Part shown: in pieces, positions 12,245 through 32,600 of the stretch
How positions within the stretch are numbered: position 1 is the stretch's first letter
How the letters are laid out: every line of letters begins with the position of its first letter
NCBI GenBank assembly: GCA_012295275.1
Contig: CM022678.1
Span: 16,120,001-16,184,000 of the forward strand
Reading direction: 5' to 3'
DNA length: 64,000 bases
From: Chrysomallon squamiferum
Taxonomy: Eukaryota > Animalia > Mollusca
The notes under the pieces: generated by a model
The model's database searches: none
What the model was told of the DNA's origin: nothing
The model's input: only the letters and a program-made list of their open reading frames with translations
Made by a program: the position numbers and the translations under genes

Positions 12245-13364
12245 TTATTATTATGTTGAATTTTCTTTTTTCGTTAATGCTTCGATTTTGACAGCTGTAA
12301 ATTTCATTTTCTTTCTTTCTTCTTCTTTTCATTTTAAAATAAAAATCTAGACAAGTATAGATAATCTCTATGAGTATGGTTTTGCCAATGTAAATTCTCC
12401 TTGTTTTATATATATATATTCTTATTTTCTAAAAATGTTATGACGTGACTATGGACAAGTCAGTGGTTAGTACTAATGTATGTTTGTATGTATGTTTGTA
12501 TGTATGTTTCTATCCGGGTGTAAAATAATTTTCAATTTGTGTCTCTGTGAACATGCTTGGAAAATCCGTTCACAAACAATGACACCTCAATTTCACCAGC
12601 ATGTTTGACGGTCAAAGTCTCAGATATTGGAGATACTATCAGCTAACAGCCTCCGATAGAACACTCGTACGTCCTGACCATAGCTCATTCATTATTGTTA
12701 AACAATCTGTCAACCGGCCACTTGAAGATACTGTATCTGATAAAGACACTAACAAACAGCAAACGTAGGTGATAAAATGTGATTTACAAAACAGCTATTT
12801 TTGAACATGATTTCATTTGAAATGTATTTTGATATAAAATTTCTTTTAAATAGTATAATAATAATAATAATAATAATAATTATCATCATTATCTTTATTA
12901 TTAGTAATAGTAGTAGTAGTAGTAGTGGTAGTAGTAGTAGCACGTGATATTTAGATTTTTCAATAGGAACACCAAAACAAGAGCAATAGGTCTACAAGTC
13001 AAATGTCTTTAAGAACAGAGAAAAGAAATTTTAGAATCATTTCTTTATTTCTTTAAATACATTACATAATTTGTTTAATATAACCTTTGTTTTATTTTGT
13101 TTGTTATTTTTAGTTTGTTTTTTGTTTTGTTTTGTTATATATAGCCAAAGTTTTGTTTTACTTGTACAGAAGGATATGTAATGACTGCGCTACATAAACT
13201 GTTCAACATGAATGCACGACTGCAGTGAAACATAATTTCTAGATGTGACGTCTGGTTTAAGTTTGGAGATGTTTAACAAACTCATTGGTAACTGAAGACG
13301 ATTTGTATAAAACAGGTGAGAAAATCTAGCTTTATCATCTGTCTTTGTAAAAGGCGATACATAC

Positions 13365-13455
13365 CAGCAACACCACCATCAACAACATCAATGGCAATAT
13401 TAATATTAATAACAATAATAACAAAAACAAGAACAAGATTAGTGATAATAATCAT
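13365..13455 (-). CDS. Speculative signal-peptide-like first exon for the Pro-rich peptide: MIIITNLVLVFVIIVININIAIDVVDGGVA(G)
   Basis: ATG, hydrophobic run and strong donor CTG|GTATGT in phase 1, matching the phase of 10815-10942. However, the sequence is low-complexity and present only in this unit. Confidence 0.25.
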
Positions 13456-14168
13456 AAAGAAGCACGATTGTCTAATATATAGTACGTGATTCATTATTTT
13501 GACATACGCAATTTTTATTTTATAATATATTATCACATGAAATAGATTTTTTACTGTTCTTATGGAAAATGCTTTATACCGTACGCGATCCTCTTGTAAC
13601 CAATTTATCGTATAAGTTCTTTATGTAATTTGTCCAAATATTCTTACTACACGCTGCACTTGTTTAACATAATTTATCATAATTTATAAATATATAGTTA
13701 TATATACTTTTTATTTCACGTGACATATTATATTTCATGGCCTTTATGACCGTCGTCGAAGTACAGTTTCACCTTACTCCGTACAGAACTGTCGAGATAA
13801 AAACACAAACTGTTACTAAAAAAAATTATCTTAACTCTTACGTCTTGCTCAACAATGTTGACACTACGTGTTAAAACTGAGCCCATGTTGACCTGTGTAG
13901 TAAGTCGCTATGGCGAATTCTGTCAGTACACAGTGAACAAAAAATTAATGTGCTGATAAGAGCAAGCTGTTGTGAAACACGTGTGTACCGCAAATCCTTT
14001 CCCAGGCAGCAGTTAAATACATTTCTATAAATATATGACTTCAATCTATTTGTCGTCAGTTGCTAATAAATATCAAGCATGTGATTGCTATTTTAAAATC
14101 TGATTTCATTTTCAACTAGAGTAACTAAGTGTTGTTTCTAAATTTATATTTATTTATTAGAAAGAGGG

Positions 14169-14287
<119 letters not shown>

Positions 14288-14474
14288 TTATGTGTCTGAG
14301 TATGTGTGGAATTTATCAATTCCCTAATAAGTAAGTAAGACATTAAATATCATTGCCGTTTTTATAAACAGCAATGTAACAGATAGGCGAATTAGCTAAT
14401 ATTATAAATTAGATATTTAACGTTAACACTATGTACATCGTATATGCTTTTCTGATCAGGTAAAAATACATAAA

Positions 14475-14508
<34 letters not shown>

Positions 14509-14664
14509 CATACATAATACACTTATACATATATTTATTCCAGTTTCAATGAAATTCTTGGTCGACTGAAGAAAAAGAAAGAAAAGAAGAATGAAGAAAA
14601 AAGAAAAGAAGAGAAAAAAAAGGAATTTACCACTACTACTACTACTACTACTGCTACTGGTATC

Positions 14665-14724
<60 letters not shown>

Positions 14725-15397
14725 AATAATTCTCCACAATCACAAAAACACACTGAATGTATTAACACATTAATTGGTTACGCTCCATGAACACTGATAT
14801 TATAAAACAAACAATCAGTCAACGGTCTGTTTCAACCAAGCAGAAAATACAAATCGTAAAATATTTTTCTACTAACAAAAACCATCTTCACTTTATAAAA
14901 TATTAACCTACGACATGACGCACACGTTTTACTGTTTTTTTCACCAATCAGCAGTGACGCGTGATGCTGATTTACTTTTCATTTATTCTGGTTTATGCCT
15001 TAAACAGTTTGATTCGCCCTCTTTTTAAACTCGTTTACCGTTGTAAATAAAATAACTGAATTTTGTGCCACACAAGTGCCACCTGTCTGTAGAGCTTCAA
15101 AAATAGAAGAAAAACAACAACAACAAAAAAGAAGATAATTTTCATAGTATAGAAATATAAATTAATTTTGACATGTACCATCCAGATTTCACTTCATTTC
15201 ATCTTCAGTTTCCAGTTTCCTTAATACTTAAAACAAATAATATATGCATTGGTTCACATAAATGATTACGTCCAACAATGAAAATATCTGAATACTACTA
15301 CCACTACTACTACTGCTACTAATAATAATAATAATAAAGATAATGATAATAATTATTATTATTACTACTACTACTACTACTACTAATAATAATAATA

Positions 15398-15458
<61 letters not shown>

Positions 15459-15929
15459 CAGAATTGAACTGACTCTATTACAAAGTCTAGAAAAGATGAT
15501 GGTATTTAAAGAACTATTAATTTAATTCCAACAAGATTGTGGATTTACAATAATGTACATACGTATGAAAATATATACTAACATTTTATTTAAAATTTTA
15601 ATCTATTTTTATTTTTTATTTTTTTTCCAATTAAACAATTTATACGTAAGAAAAAATAAAACAAAAACGAAAAGTGAAATTATTGTTTTATGTAACAAAT
15701 TACTCAACAACAGACACATTTTTACATGTACTGTTTGATGTAATGTGCTATTCAACACATTCTGTTCTTTTTTTTTTATATCTACTTCGGTAGAAAACAT
15801 AATTTTACAATCACAGTCACTGAAAATAAATATAACATAAACATCAAAACACTTTTAAATTTTTAAATGTATTTTGAACCATTTCCGGCCTTAGCTCTTT
15901 AGCTTATGAAACAAATTTTATGTAGTAAA

Positions 15930-16085
15930 ACTATGCTGTCTGTGGGTAGGTACACATAAAAGATCACTCGATGCTAATCGGAAATGATAATCGTTGAAGC
16001 GAGGTTCCTTCTCATTATCTGTATGATCCTAAACAAAGTCTGATTTAAATAACCAGTCAAAAGTAAAAAATGCATCGTTAAATAT
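15930..16085 (+). mobile_element. Possible degenerate SINE 3' fragment (second copy 26575-26725)
   Basis: ctgtctgtgggtaggtacacataaaagatcactcgatgctaatcggaaa...tgcatcgttaaata resembles, from memory only, a SINE body common in some gastropod genomes. Not verified. Confidence 0.35.
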
Positions 16086-17229
16086 TTATTTTATTTATTT
16101 TTTATTACTCTTACGTCTCAACGAGTTTTAGTTAACTAGCCCAATTGTTCACACAGTATAGTAAAATCTAAACACAAATCTGTTTCATCAATAATGTTCA
16201 CTGATGTAAAGTGTTAGATAAGTGATTTGTCACAATATCAAATGTATGAGACGTAATAAAAGAGATAAACAATAATAGAATTATTTCACGTACAAGGTAG
16301 GCAGTGTGTTAACTGAATTCGCAAACTTGCATTTATGGCAAAAGTTCGATGACATTGTGTGTTTGATAACCTCATATAAATCGTAAAAAGTATTTTTTTC
16401 CATAGAGTCAGTGCGTTACCTTCTCGATCTGGTGTCAATATTCTTCAGCAGCATTAAGAAAGAAACAAAAAACAATAAATGGCACGAAATGAACAAATCA
16501 ATCCTGTAATTGCTTTCAAAACGATATATATATATATTTAAAACAAAAACATAACAAAAACCCAAACACAACAAACAAAACAAAAAAACACACAAAAAGA
16601 ATGAAAAGAAAAAACGGGCTTGTTTTTTGTTTTTGTTTCTTTAAGGTGGGTTTTTTTTTTTCTGAAATGTTATATGAATTTCACGATTAATGTAATGATA
16701 AAATGAATATATCTCTCAAAAGTCTGATGTATTTACATGATCAAAGGCTTTGTTCTCTAAGGGAAGGTTCTTTTTTGCCATTGCTAGTGATGCTTGAACA
16801 TTATTAATTCATTCGAACCTCTGCACGCATTGTTGCTTCTTTATTGAATACACAAGAGAATGTTCAAGCGAAGCTGAAATGAAGAGAAATCAAATTATGT
16901 TTTTTTGTTTTGTTTATTTTATCAATAGCTGCTGGTTCAGAAAAGAAATTGCTGTTACAGTTGCTTTTTGATACGTCTACCAATTAGGTGTATCCAATAA
17001 TTTAATTTTCCTTCTTATTTTATAGTAATTTGTACGTGATTAATGTTAGAATATATTCGACAGCCGAGTACAGTTAACAAATTTTTATAATATTCTTCGG
17101 TTTTAAAATTTAACAACCGAGATCGTATGATTTAATCTTTATTTAAAATCGTATTTCGGTATATTTTGAAATTTATTACTTTTTTATTCCTGATTTCTTA
17201 AAACGAATTAAAATACGGCGACATAAGAA

Positions 17230-22384
<5,155 letters not shown>

Positions 22385-23690
22385 AAGTCAGTAATATTTA
22401 CACATACGTTGTTATGCTTATTTTTATGTATATACTACGATGTAAGAGGGATAACTCTGGTGATAAGAGAACGTATTATATAGTTTTCTGTTAACAGTAT
22501 GACGTAAGGGGAATAACTCTATTGATAAGAAAACAACTATTACATAGTTTTCTGTTAAATACGATATAAGGGTGATAACTCTAGTCATAAGAGAATATTC
22601 AACGATATTCAACATCGGTATTCAACGTACGTTTAAAGAATGCTAATACATACACTAAAATTTTACATGCGTTCGTTTTGTCTCTGCTTCTATGTAAAGT
22701 TGTTATCAAAAAGTGTCAATAACAATAACACACAGTCAAGAATAAAATAATAAGAAAAAAGTACAGTAGTTTATTTGATTTTGTTAAAGGGTAGTAGTTA
22801 TTATTTTCTGCGGACATTTATGTATGTATGTATTTATGTATATAGACAGATAAACAGTCAGACATACACACACACACATACATACATATACACAGCTTTC
22901 TTGACTTTTCCATATTTAATTTTATAATTTTATGACAATTTGCCTACATAAGTATGTATATGTGTATGTATGCATCTGTGAGTTTATCTGGGTTTTCTGT
23001 GCATGTTTGTGTATGTGTGTGTCTATTCTAATACATAATGTACATAAATAAATACACACATATATATGTATGTATGTATATACGCACACAAACAAACACA
23101 AATCAGATGAATTCACAGACGCATACATACACACACACATATATATACACACACACACAAACACACACATACATATGCACATACACATGTTCTTGTATAT
23201 ATCTCTGTGTGTGCATTTATATGTGTGTTTGTATTCACTTGTGTTGTGTTTGTAGCTTGTCTGTGTGTGTCTGTACTGCATGTGAACTGTATTAAAAATG
23301 TTTGTAGAAAGTCTATGTGATGAAGATCACTATAAAATCTGATAGTGAGTTTATTTAAACACGGAACACATTAAACTCTAATTAGGAAATAAATCAAGTA
23401 ATACAGTTTTAAAATGTTTTAATAAAGCAATCAATTAATTTATCAATCAAAACGCTTGATTAGTTAACCAGTCAGCGAGTGTTAATACTAAAATTTAACC
23501 ATCACCAGCATTATTAATGAAGCAATCAAACATTACCATTTAAAAGTTTATTTATCAATCAGTAGTAACATTAATAACTGTTACTTTCAGAACTGATAAT
23601 AAAATTTAATACACTGTTACGTCATTATGGCCTTTGACAGATTAAACATCCAAAAATCTTTTCGTATCATATTTTCATCACGTTGTTCGG

Positions 23691-23818
23691 CTACAGTTTC
23701 AGGCCTTTAAGTTTAGAATCTGCCCTGTTATCCGGTGGATCCGGTAGTCGTTCGAGTGGGTTATTTGGTCTAACTGAAGGAGGTAAGGACTGTCGTATGC
23801 TTACCATTGGTCCACTAT
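23691..23818 (-). CDS. Candidate terminal exon of Pro-rich peptide gene (copy C): (D)SGPMVSIRQSLPPSVRPNNPLERLPDPPDNRADSKLKGLKL*
   Basis: Same 128-nt length, acceptor tatatttattttcAG, TAG stop and downstream AATAAA (23547-23552) as copy B. Confidence 0.5.
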
Positions 23819-24377
23819 CTGAAAATAAATATAACAGTAATAGAACTAATCATGTAGGTATCAGTAGTATCAGTAGTAGTAGTGGTAGTTGTAGCAGCAG
23901 TAATAGTAATAGTACTGGTATGCCTACAAAGAATAAAATTAAAAGAAAAAGAAATTAAACGACACATTTATTTACATAATGTACGCAGATTTCGCTAGTT
24001 AGTCAGTTTGATTTTCGGTAATCTCGCCATGAAGGAAGACCTGCGTGAGACTGCAAGAGCTAACCCTTCCCTCGTTGAGAGTGTATTGTAATTAGAAAGA
24101 ATTAGCGCTAAGAATAATAACTAATAAATAACTAAATAAGCAAGCAATAGTAGAAGATAAGTAACCTTTTAATAAAAACAAGGAAGTAAAACGAATAAAA
24201 AATATTCTATTTTCTTTTTTTTGATTTTAAGAAGAAAATAATTTAGTTTTTAGTTATGTACTTTTTTGTCCGAGAAAACTAATTAGATTGATAAACAATA
24301 ATTTAGAAATTTTAGTTTTTCCCGTCCATTTACTGCCATTTCCATTCCATAAGCATTCCAGCGGGAGGTAAGCATAA

Positions 24378-24452
<75 letters not shown>

Positions 24453-24971
24453 GATAATAATATTAATAATAATAAACTAAATAATAATAATAATAATAAA
24501 AAGATTATGTAGTTTAAAGCTCAGATTACTTTTAACACCTACATTCAGTTTTTCCAATGAAGAACATATTGTAATTTCCTCTCAAATGAATAAGAGTCTG
24601 TGTCTGTAGCTTGGCTTATCTACAAACACTTTGTTTATTTTGGAAATCTTCCAACGACAAAACAGTGGTAGCGTGATTTTAAAGTGGGCTTTATACAACA
24701 TGAAAATAATAATAATAATGCTTACTGTGGAATATAATAATTTATTTGTCCGCTTATATATAAACACTTTTTTTATTTTGGAAATCTTACAACGATAAAA
24801 CAGTGTTGGTGAGATTGTAAAGTTATTTTTTCACACACATACGCGTGTATAAAAGATAAAATAGAAATTTCGTATGGTATAATGATATAGTCAGAGGAAA
24901 TTCGTAAACGGCTATTTTTAAACATGATTTCATTTGAAATTTATTTTGATAGAAGATTTCTTTTAAATCGG

Positions 24972-25041
<70 letters not shown>

Positions 25042-25199
25042 TTATTATGTTGAATTTTCTTTTTTCGTTAATGTTTCGACTTTTGAAGCTGTAAATTTCA
25101 TTTTCTTTCTTTCTTCTTCTTTTGATTTTAAAATACAATCTAGCCAAGTATAGATACGCTCTACGAGTATATTTTTGCCAGGGTAAATTCTCCTTGTTT

Positions 25200-25785
<586 letters not shown>

Positions 25786-26050
25786 TATTTGTAAATAAAA
25801 TAACTGAATTTTGTGCCACATGGGTGACAGCTGTCTGTAGAGCTTCAAAAATAGAAGAAAAAACAACAAAACAAGACAAAAAGAAAACAGAAGATAATTT
25901 TCATAGTATACAAATATAAATTAATGTTGGCATGTAACATACAGATTTCAGTTGATTTCATCTTCAGTTTCCAGTTTCCTTAATATTTAAAACAAATTAT
26001 ATATGTATGCATTGGTTCAGACAAATGAATACGTCCAACAATGAAAATAT

Positions 26051-26106
<56 letters not shown>

Positions 26107-26132
26107 TGATATTAATAATACTAATAATAGTA

Positions 26133-26183
<51 letters not shown>

Positions 26184-27199
26184 TCAGAATTGAACTGACT
26201 CTATTACAAAGTCTAGAAAGTATGATGGTATTTAAAGAACTATTAATTTAATTCCAATAAGATTATGGATTTACAATAATGTACATACGTATGAAAATAT
26301 ATACTATATCAGCTAATATTATTTTTTAAATTTAAATTTTTTATTTTTATTTTTTTATTTTTTTACAGTTAAACAATTAATCTATTGTTTTATGTAACAA
26401 ATTACTCAACAAGAGACACATTTTTACATGTATTGTTTTATGTAATATGTTATTCAACACATTTTGTTTGTTATTTTTTTTATATCTACTTAGCTACAAA
26501 ACATCATTTTACAATTTTGAACCATTTCCGGCCTTAGCTCTTTAGCTTATGTAACACATTTTGTGTAGTAAAACTATGCTTTCTGTGGGTAGGTACACAT
26601 AAAAGATCACTCGATGCTAATCGGAAATGATAATCGTTGAAGCGAGTTTCCTTCTCATTATCTGAATGATCCTAAAAAAGTCTGATTTATATAACCAGTG
26701 AAAAGTAAAAAATGCATCGTTAAATATTTATTTTATTAATTTTTTGTTACTGTTCTGTTTTCGATTAAAATATTCTCTTACCTCTCAACGAGTTTTAGTT
26801 AACTAGCCCAATTGTTCACACAGTATAATAAAATCTAAACACAGATCTGTTTCATCAATAATGTTCACTGATGTAAAGTGTTAGATCAATGACTTGTCAC
26901 AATATCAAATACATGAGACGTAATAAAAGAGATAAACAATAATAGAATTATTTCACGTACAAGGTAGGCAGTGTGTTAACTGGATTCGCAAACTTGCATT
27001 TATGGCAAAAGTTCGATGACATTGTGTGTTTGATAACCTTATATAAATCGTAAAAATTCTTTTTCTCCATAGAGTCAGTGCGTTACCTTCTCGATCTGGT
27101 GTGAATATTCATCATCAGCATATCCAGTCTTTTAAGAAAGAAACAAAAAACAATAAATGGCACAAAATGAACAAATCAATCCAGTAATTGCTTTCAAAA

Positions 27200-27235
<36 letters not shown>

Positions 27236-27959
27236 ATTTAAAAGAAAAACAAAACAAAAACCCAAACACAACAAACAAAACAAAAACCCAAACACAACAA
27301 ACAAAACAAAAAAACACACAAAAAGAACGAAAAGAAAAAACGGGCTTGTTTTTTGTTTTTGTTTCTTTAAGGTGTTTTTTTTTTTTCTGAAATGTTATAT
27401 GATTTTCAGGATTAATGTGATGATAAAATGAATATTTCTCTCAAAACTCTGATGTATTTACATGATCAAAGGCTTTGTTCTCTAAGGGAAGGTTCTTTTT
27501 TGTCATTGCTAGTGATGCTTGAACATTATTAATTCATTCGAACCAATGCACGCATTGTTGCTTGTTTATTGAATACACAGGAGAATGTTCAAGCGAAGCT
27601 GAAATGAAGAGAAATCAAATTATGTTTTTTTTTGTTTATTTTATCAATAGCTGCTGGTTCAGAAAAAAAAAGTGCCGTTACAGTTGCTTTTTGATACGTC
27701 TACCAATTAGGTGTATCCAATAATTTAATTTTCCTTCTCATTTTATAGTAATTTGTACGTGATTAATATTAGAATATATTCAACAGCCGAGTACAGTTAA
27801 CAAATTTTTATAATATTCTTTGGTTTTAAAATTTAATAACGATCAACCGAGATCGTATGATTTAATCTTTATTTAAAATCGTATTTCGGTATATTTTGAA
27901 ATTTATTACTTTTTTATTCCTGACTTCTTAAAACGAATTAAAATAAGGGGAAATAAGAA

Positions 27960-29219
27960 ATGGATTCAATAACGCGAATTAGTTTGATCTTTTTCGTTGG
28001 GATATTTTCAACGTCAACGAAAGATTGCTCAGAGAATTACATTTTTAACAAGGTTTTCGTAAACACAGTACCTGCAGAACTGGCGTCTTATGTTACAAGT
28101 GACGTCAGTGAAATTGGCTGTGCTGTGGCGTGTTACAGACGCTATTCCGAGCAATGTAAAATGTTCTTCTATAATGAAAACTTCAAGAATTGTTCCATCT
28201 ACGACACGTCTTTCAAGTGTATCACAAAAAAGGATCAGCTTGGAGCTGAAGGTTTTGGTAAGTAAGAAAAATAATAGAACATTTTATAAATAGATAAAAC
28301 AACAACTACAACCATTGCCGTAATTAGATTTTATATATAAATGAAGATACCCATATCTGAATGATGATTTTGTTTGCCATGGACGTAACTACATTGAGGT
28401 GAATGAGGCACATGCCTCATACCGAAATTGAAGGTTTTTTTAATACAAAGATTTATTTTAAATATATATATATATCTGTCTGAAAGCAGTTACAGGATTA
28501 ATTTGTTAATTTAATAGTATTAATTTAAATTTTTTTTTTTTCTATACTTAAAGGAGGTAAATTCTACTAAGTCTGTTATTTTATAACTTTATTAAATGTA
28601 AACTTTTCTAATAATTTCGTTTCTTGACATTACTTTTCTTTACAGGCAACATGAAGAAAATAAACATTTAAATCACACACACTGACACACACAATAACAA
28701 TTTTCAGTTCGATAAATTTCATCTCATTTAAAAATATATGTAGCAGGAGCTATGTTTTATCAGGAAATATAAGAATGAATATATCCTAATAATACATACA
28801 TACATACATACATACATACGTACACAGACATACACATACATACGTACATAAACTCCTTCCTCTACTGCTGTTTATTACAATCACTATTAATACCATTCCT
28901 ACTACACCTATATATTTATATGCTACTTCTTTACTGTTTTGTTTATTTAGATCATAAACGATGATTTCAAGAAAAGATTTCATTTTAAAATGCTCTACAA
29001 GCAATAGTTACAGTAATATTAATATTATTATTGTGTAGAAATGCAGCAGTAGTAGTAGTGTTGGTAGTAGAAATATTAATATTAATAGTAGAACTAGCAG
29101 TATTAATTGTAGTAGTACTACTACTAGTAATAGTACTCGTAGTAGTAGTAGTCATAACAAATTATGCTATATCTAATGATTATTATTAAAATTATTATTA
29201 TTATTATTATTACTGTTAC

Positions 29220-29265
<46 letters not shown>

Positions 29266-29605
29266 GTGTTGTTGTTGTTTCTGTGATTATTTGTTGTTGT
29301 TTACTTACTTTGAACACAGTTTCCTGGAAGAACTCGAATGTACAAGAATGTTTTGACTGGCCACAAACGGCAGGAATCCATGTTGTGAATATTTCTGGAC
29401 AATCAGCTGTCCTAGGCTATTACGACGCCCAGAAGTGGTTGGTAGGTAAAATATATACCTTGCACGAAAAATTCTCAAAAAGTAGGTGCTATAATATAGA
29501 CGAAGAATCAAAAATTCAAAAATGATTATGTGTGTTTGGCTGTATGTGTTTTCTATTCTTTGACTCTATCGTACATTCGTGTTACACACATAATTATACA
29601 TTCAG

Positions 29606-29645
<40 letters not shown>

Positions 29646-32600
29646 TAACGAGCTAAAAGTAACTGTGCATAATTAATAATGAAAAGCAAGGCCCGTCCGT
29701 GATAAGTGATCAAACCATCACACTTCAGCCTCCAAAGGTTGAATTACGTTCACCTTGATGTCTGAACAGTACACTGTCCCAGTCTTGTCGTCTAAAACTT
29801 AGATTTTGTTGACACCATGTTAAGCGAGCCTGATAAACTGACGTTGAAGTAAAAGTGGGCATCTGGGTTGTAGTCGGGGCCGGATGTTGTTTTCCCGTAG
29901 CCGATTCCGTACCGTCCTGGCAGTAATTGGTCTGAACCCAGAAATGTTTCGAGCTGACAAGCTGGCAGTTTGGAACCGATTTCGTAAATGAACCAACCGA
30001 ATATGGTTACCATGTCAAAGTGACGTCATACGCGTACTGCCCGCCCTTGGCAACTCGTGGGTGTTGCCCTCTTGTTGATTACGACTCCATAAGCAGTTTA
30101 TCGTGTTTCCGTTTAACTTCGTTTTGAGCCATTCCAGCCTCCAGAATACCAACGACACGAAGACGTTAGTTTTCGGAAAGACGTGGCATAACATAATTTT
30201 CGTATTCTATTAAACAAACGTGTTTTTCAAAGTTCAAAATGGTTAAGCAACCATTGTGAGTTTTTATTTTCAAAAACAACGTGTGTAAGTATCATTTGGG
30301 CTCAAAACAAAGAAAACAGAATAGTGCATGTGCGGGGAGTGAACCATGACCAAAATATTGAAAACAGTGTTTTCATTAATATGTTTTGATTTTTCCTTTC
30401 TCTAATTTTGAAACATTATATCAGTTACTTTTTCCGTTAGAATATTTACATTCATCGACGCACGCGAACTTAAAATACAAATTTAAGTTTGTGAATTTTC
30501 TCTTTCTTATTTAGTAAACAATATTTCCATAGAAAGGCATTTTTAGTCATTAAATACAGCGATGTAATATTATCACTTTAACTTATTAATCTTATATTTT
30601 CTATGTACTATTCTATATTTCGTTACTCTGTATTTGTTTTCTTACTATATATTTTAAATATTTATAAACCATTGTCTATTCTTCGGTACAGTGTGTTATT
30701 CTTCAGTTTGATATATCAATGTGTCTGCTTCGTATTAATGTATTGTATTTTTCTGTTTCACGTTTTATTAAATATTCACTGGTATTTCCAACATCATTGT
30801 TATCCGTTTCATTTATTAATCTTTAGTTTATAGATTACTCTTTGTGTGTTATTCCTAAAATATATCTTATATATATAGAGAGAGAGATCCTAAAATTAGT
30901 TTTACATTCCAGTCTAATTTTTTGTCTGTTCAGAGTCATGATTAAACCATTTTGTCTATTTTGAGCATCTTCACATTATATTGTCATAAACAAATTGCTA
31001 TTATTTTTTTATTGTTGTTGTTTTTGTTGTTGCTAATAATTATTATTATTATTATTGTTGCCGCCGACCTTTATTCTTTTCTTTTTTTTAAATCATCATA
31101 TCATTCTTCTTTTTTCCTTCCTCTTTTTCTAAATACTGTTGTTCTGTTGTTATATATAATTAATTAATGGCGCTTTCTTTTAGTTTCAGTGCGACAATTC
31201 AGATCAAAATGTTGCTAGATACAAGTGATCCTGTCACAATAAGATATTATTTGTTTCAGCTTATTCACCTTGGGAGTTGTATTTTCTATACAGGCATTTG
31301 GGGTGAATCAATACTGGTTAAATAGATTCTGTTTTGATTTAATAAATTCTGTTTCATTCATTATTTATTTACTGTTTCCTTTGTGCAAGGAAATAGCCTG
31401 TGTCGAGACAAATATAAATAACTTTTGTTAAACAATATAAAGACAAATGTGAATAACCTTTCCTGTAAACTAATAATAAAAAGATAAAGGTAAATAACTC
31501 CTGCTGTTAACACATAACATAAAAACAGATGTATATTACTTGCTGTTAAAAAGTAATAAAAAACTAACTCGGATTTCCTGCGGACTGAATGCCGTTCGCC
31601 TCCCGTGATTTATCAAGTACTAAAATATAAACGATCAGTAAATCGAATATCTCTCTAAACCGAAGTTTTCAACCTCGTCTGAACATTTTTTATATTTGAG
31701 AAAATTCTCCGCATTTGTTTCAAAAGTAGGATAAGTTATAGTCGTGCTAAGGGAGGTAACCCGTGATAAACTATTCAATGTCTTACTTCTCTGTGTTGTC
31801 TCCATTACTTTATTTATTTATGCTGTTTGTGAAAGTTCTTTTCATTTAATTTGCATCTTTTTTCTTTTGCCTTTCTTGTTTGTTCTTTTTAATGATCTTT
31901 AAGAATAGTTAATCTGTTTACCAGTCAATGCATTTATTTTTCTAGTACAGCATGTAATCATCTATCAATCTTTCCTAACCGTAGAACATAAACAGAAAAG
32001 TTTAATTCGTAAATTGATTTGTTATCTCAGGTTATTCAAAGACGTATTGACGGAACAGAAGAATTTAACAGAACGTGGATAGAGTATGAAAATGGTTTTG
32101 GAAACGTGACAAATGAATTTTGGCTAGGTGAAGTATTACGACATATTTAGAGATGAAAAACAATTTATATAATATCAATTTTTATATATCCACCATTTTG
32201 TGTGTAAACTGTTGACTAAACACTTTGTTTATTATCAGACTTATTATTATTATTACCAATATTATTATTATCAGTGTCATCATAATTATCACTATCGTTA
32301 ATATCAGCTTTATCATTATTACCAATATCATTATTATTATCAGAATCACCTTATTATCAATATCATTATTATTAATACGGTACCATCATTGTTATCAATA
32401 TCATTATTATTATCAGCATCACCGTCATTATCAATATTATTATTATAATTATCGACTTTAAGTCATGCGAATGGAGGTAACTCGTGATAAATTATCAACA
32501 TCACCATCGTCATCATCATTACTATCATTATCTTCATCACATCATCGTCGCCTCATCGTCATCCTCATCGAAATCACCATCGTTTCCATCATTTTCATCA

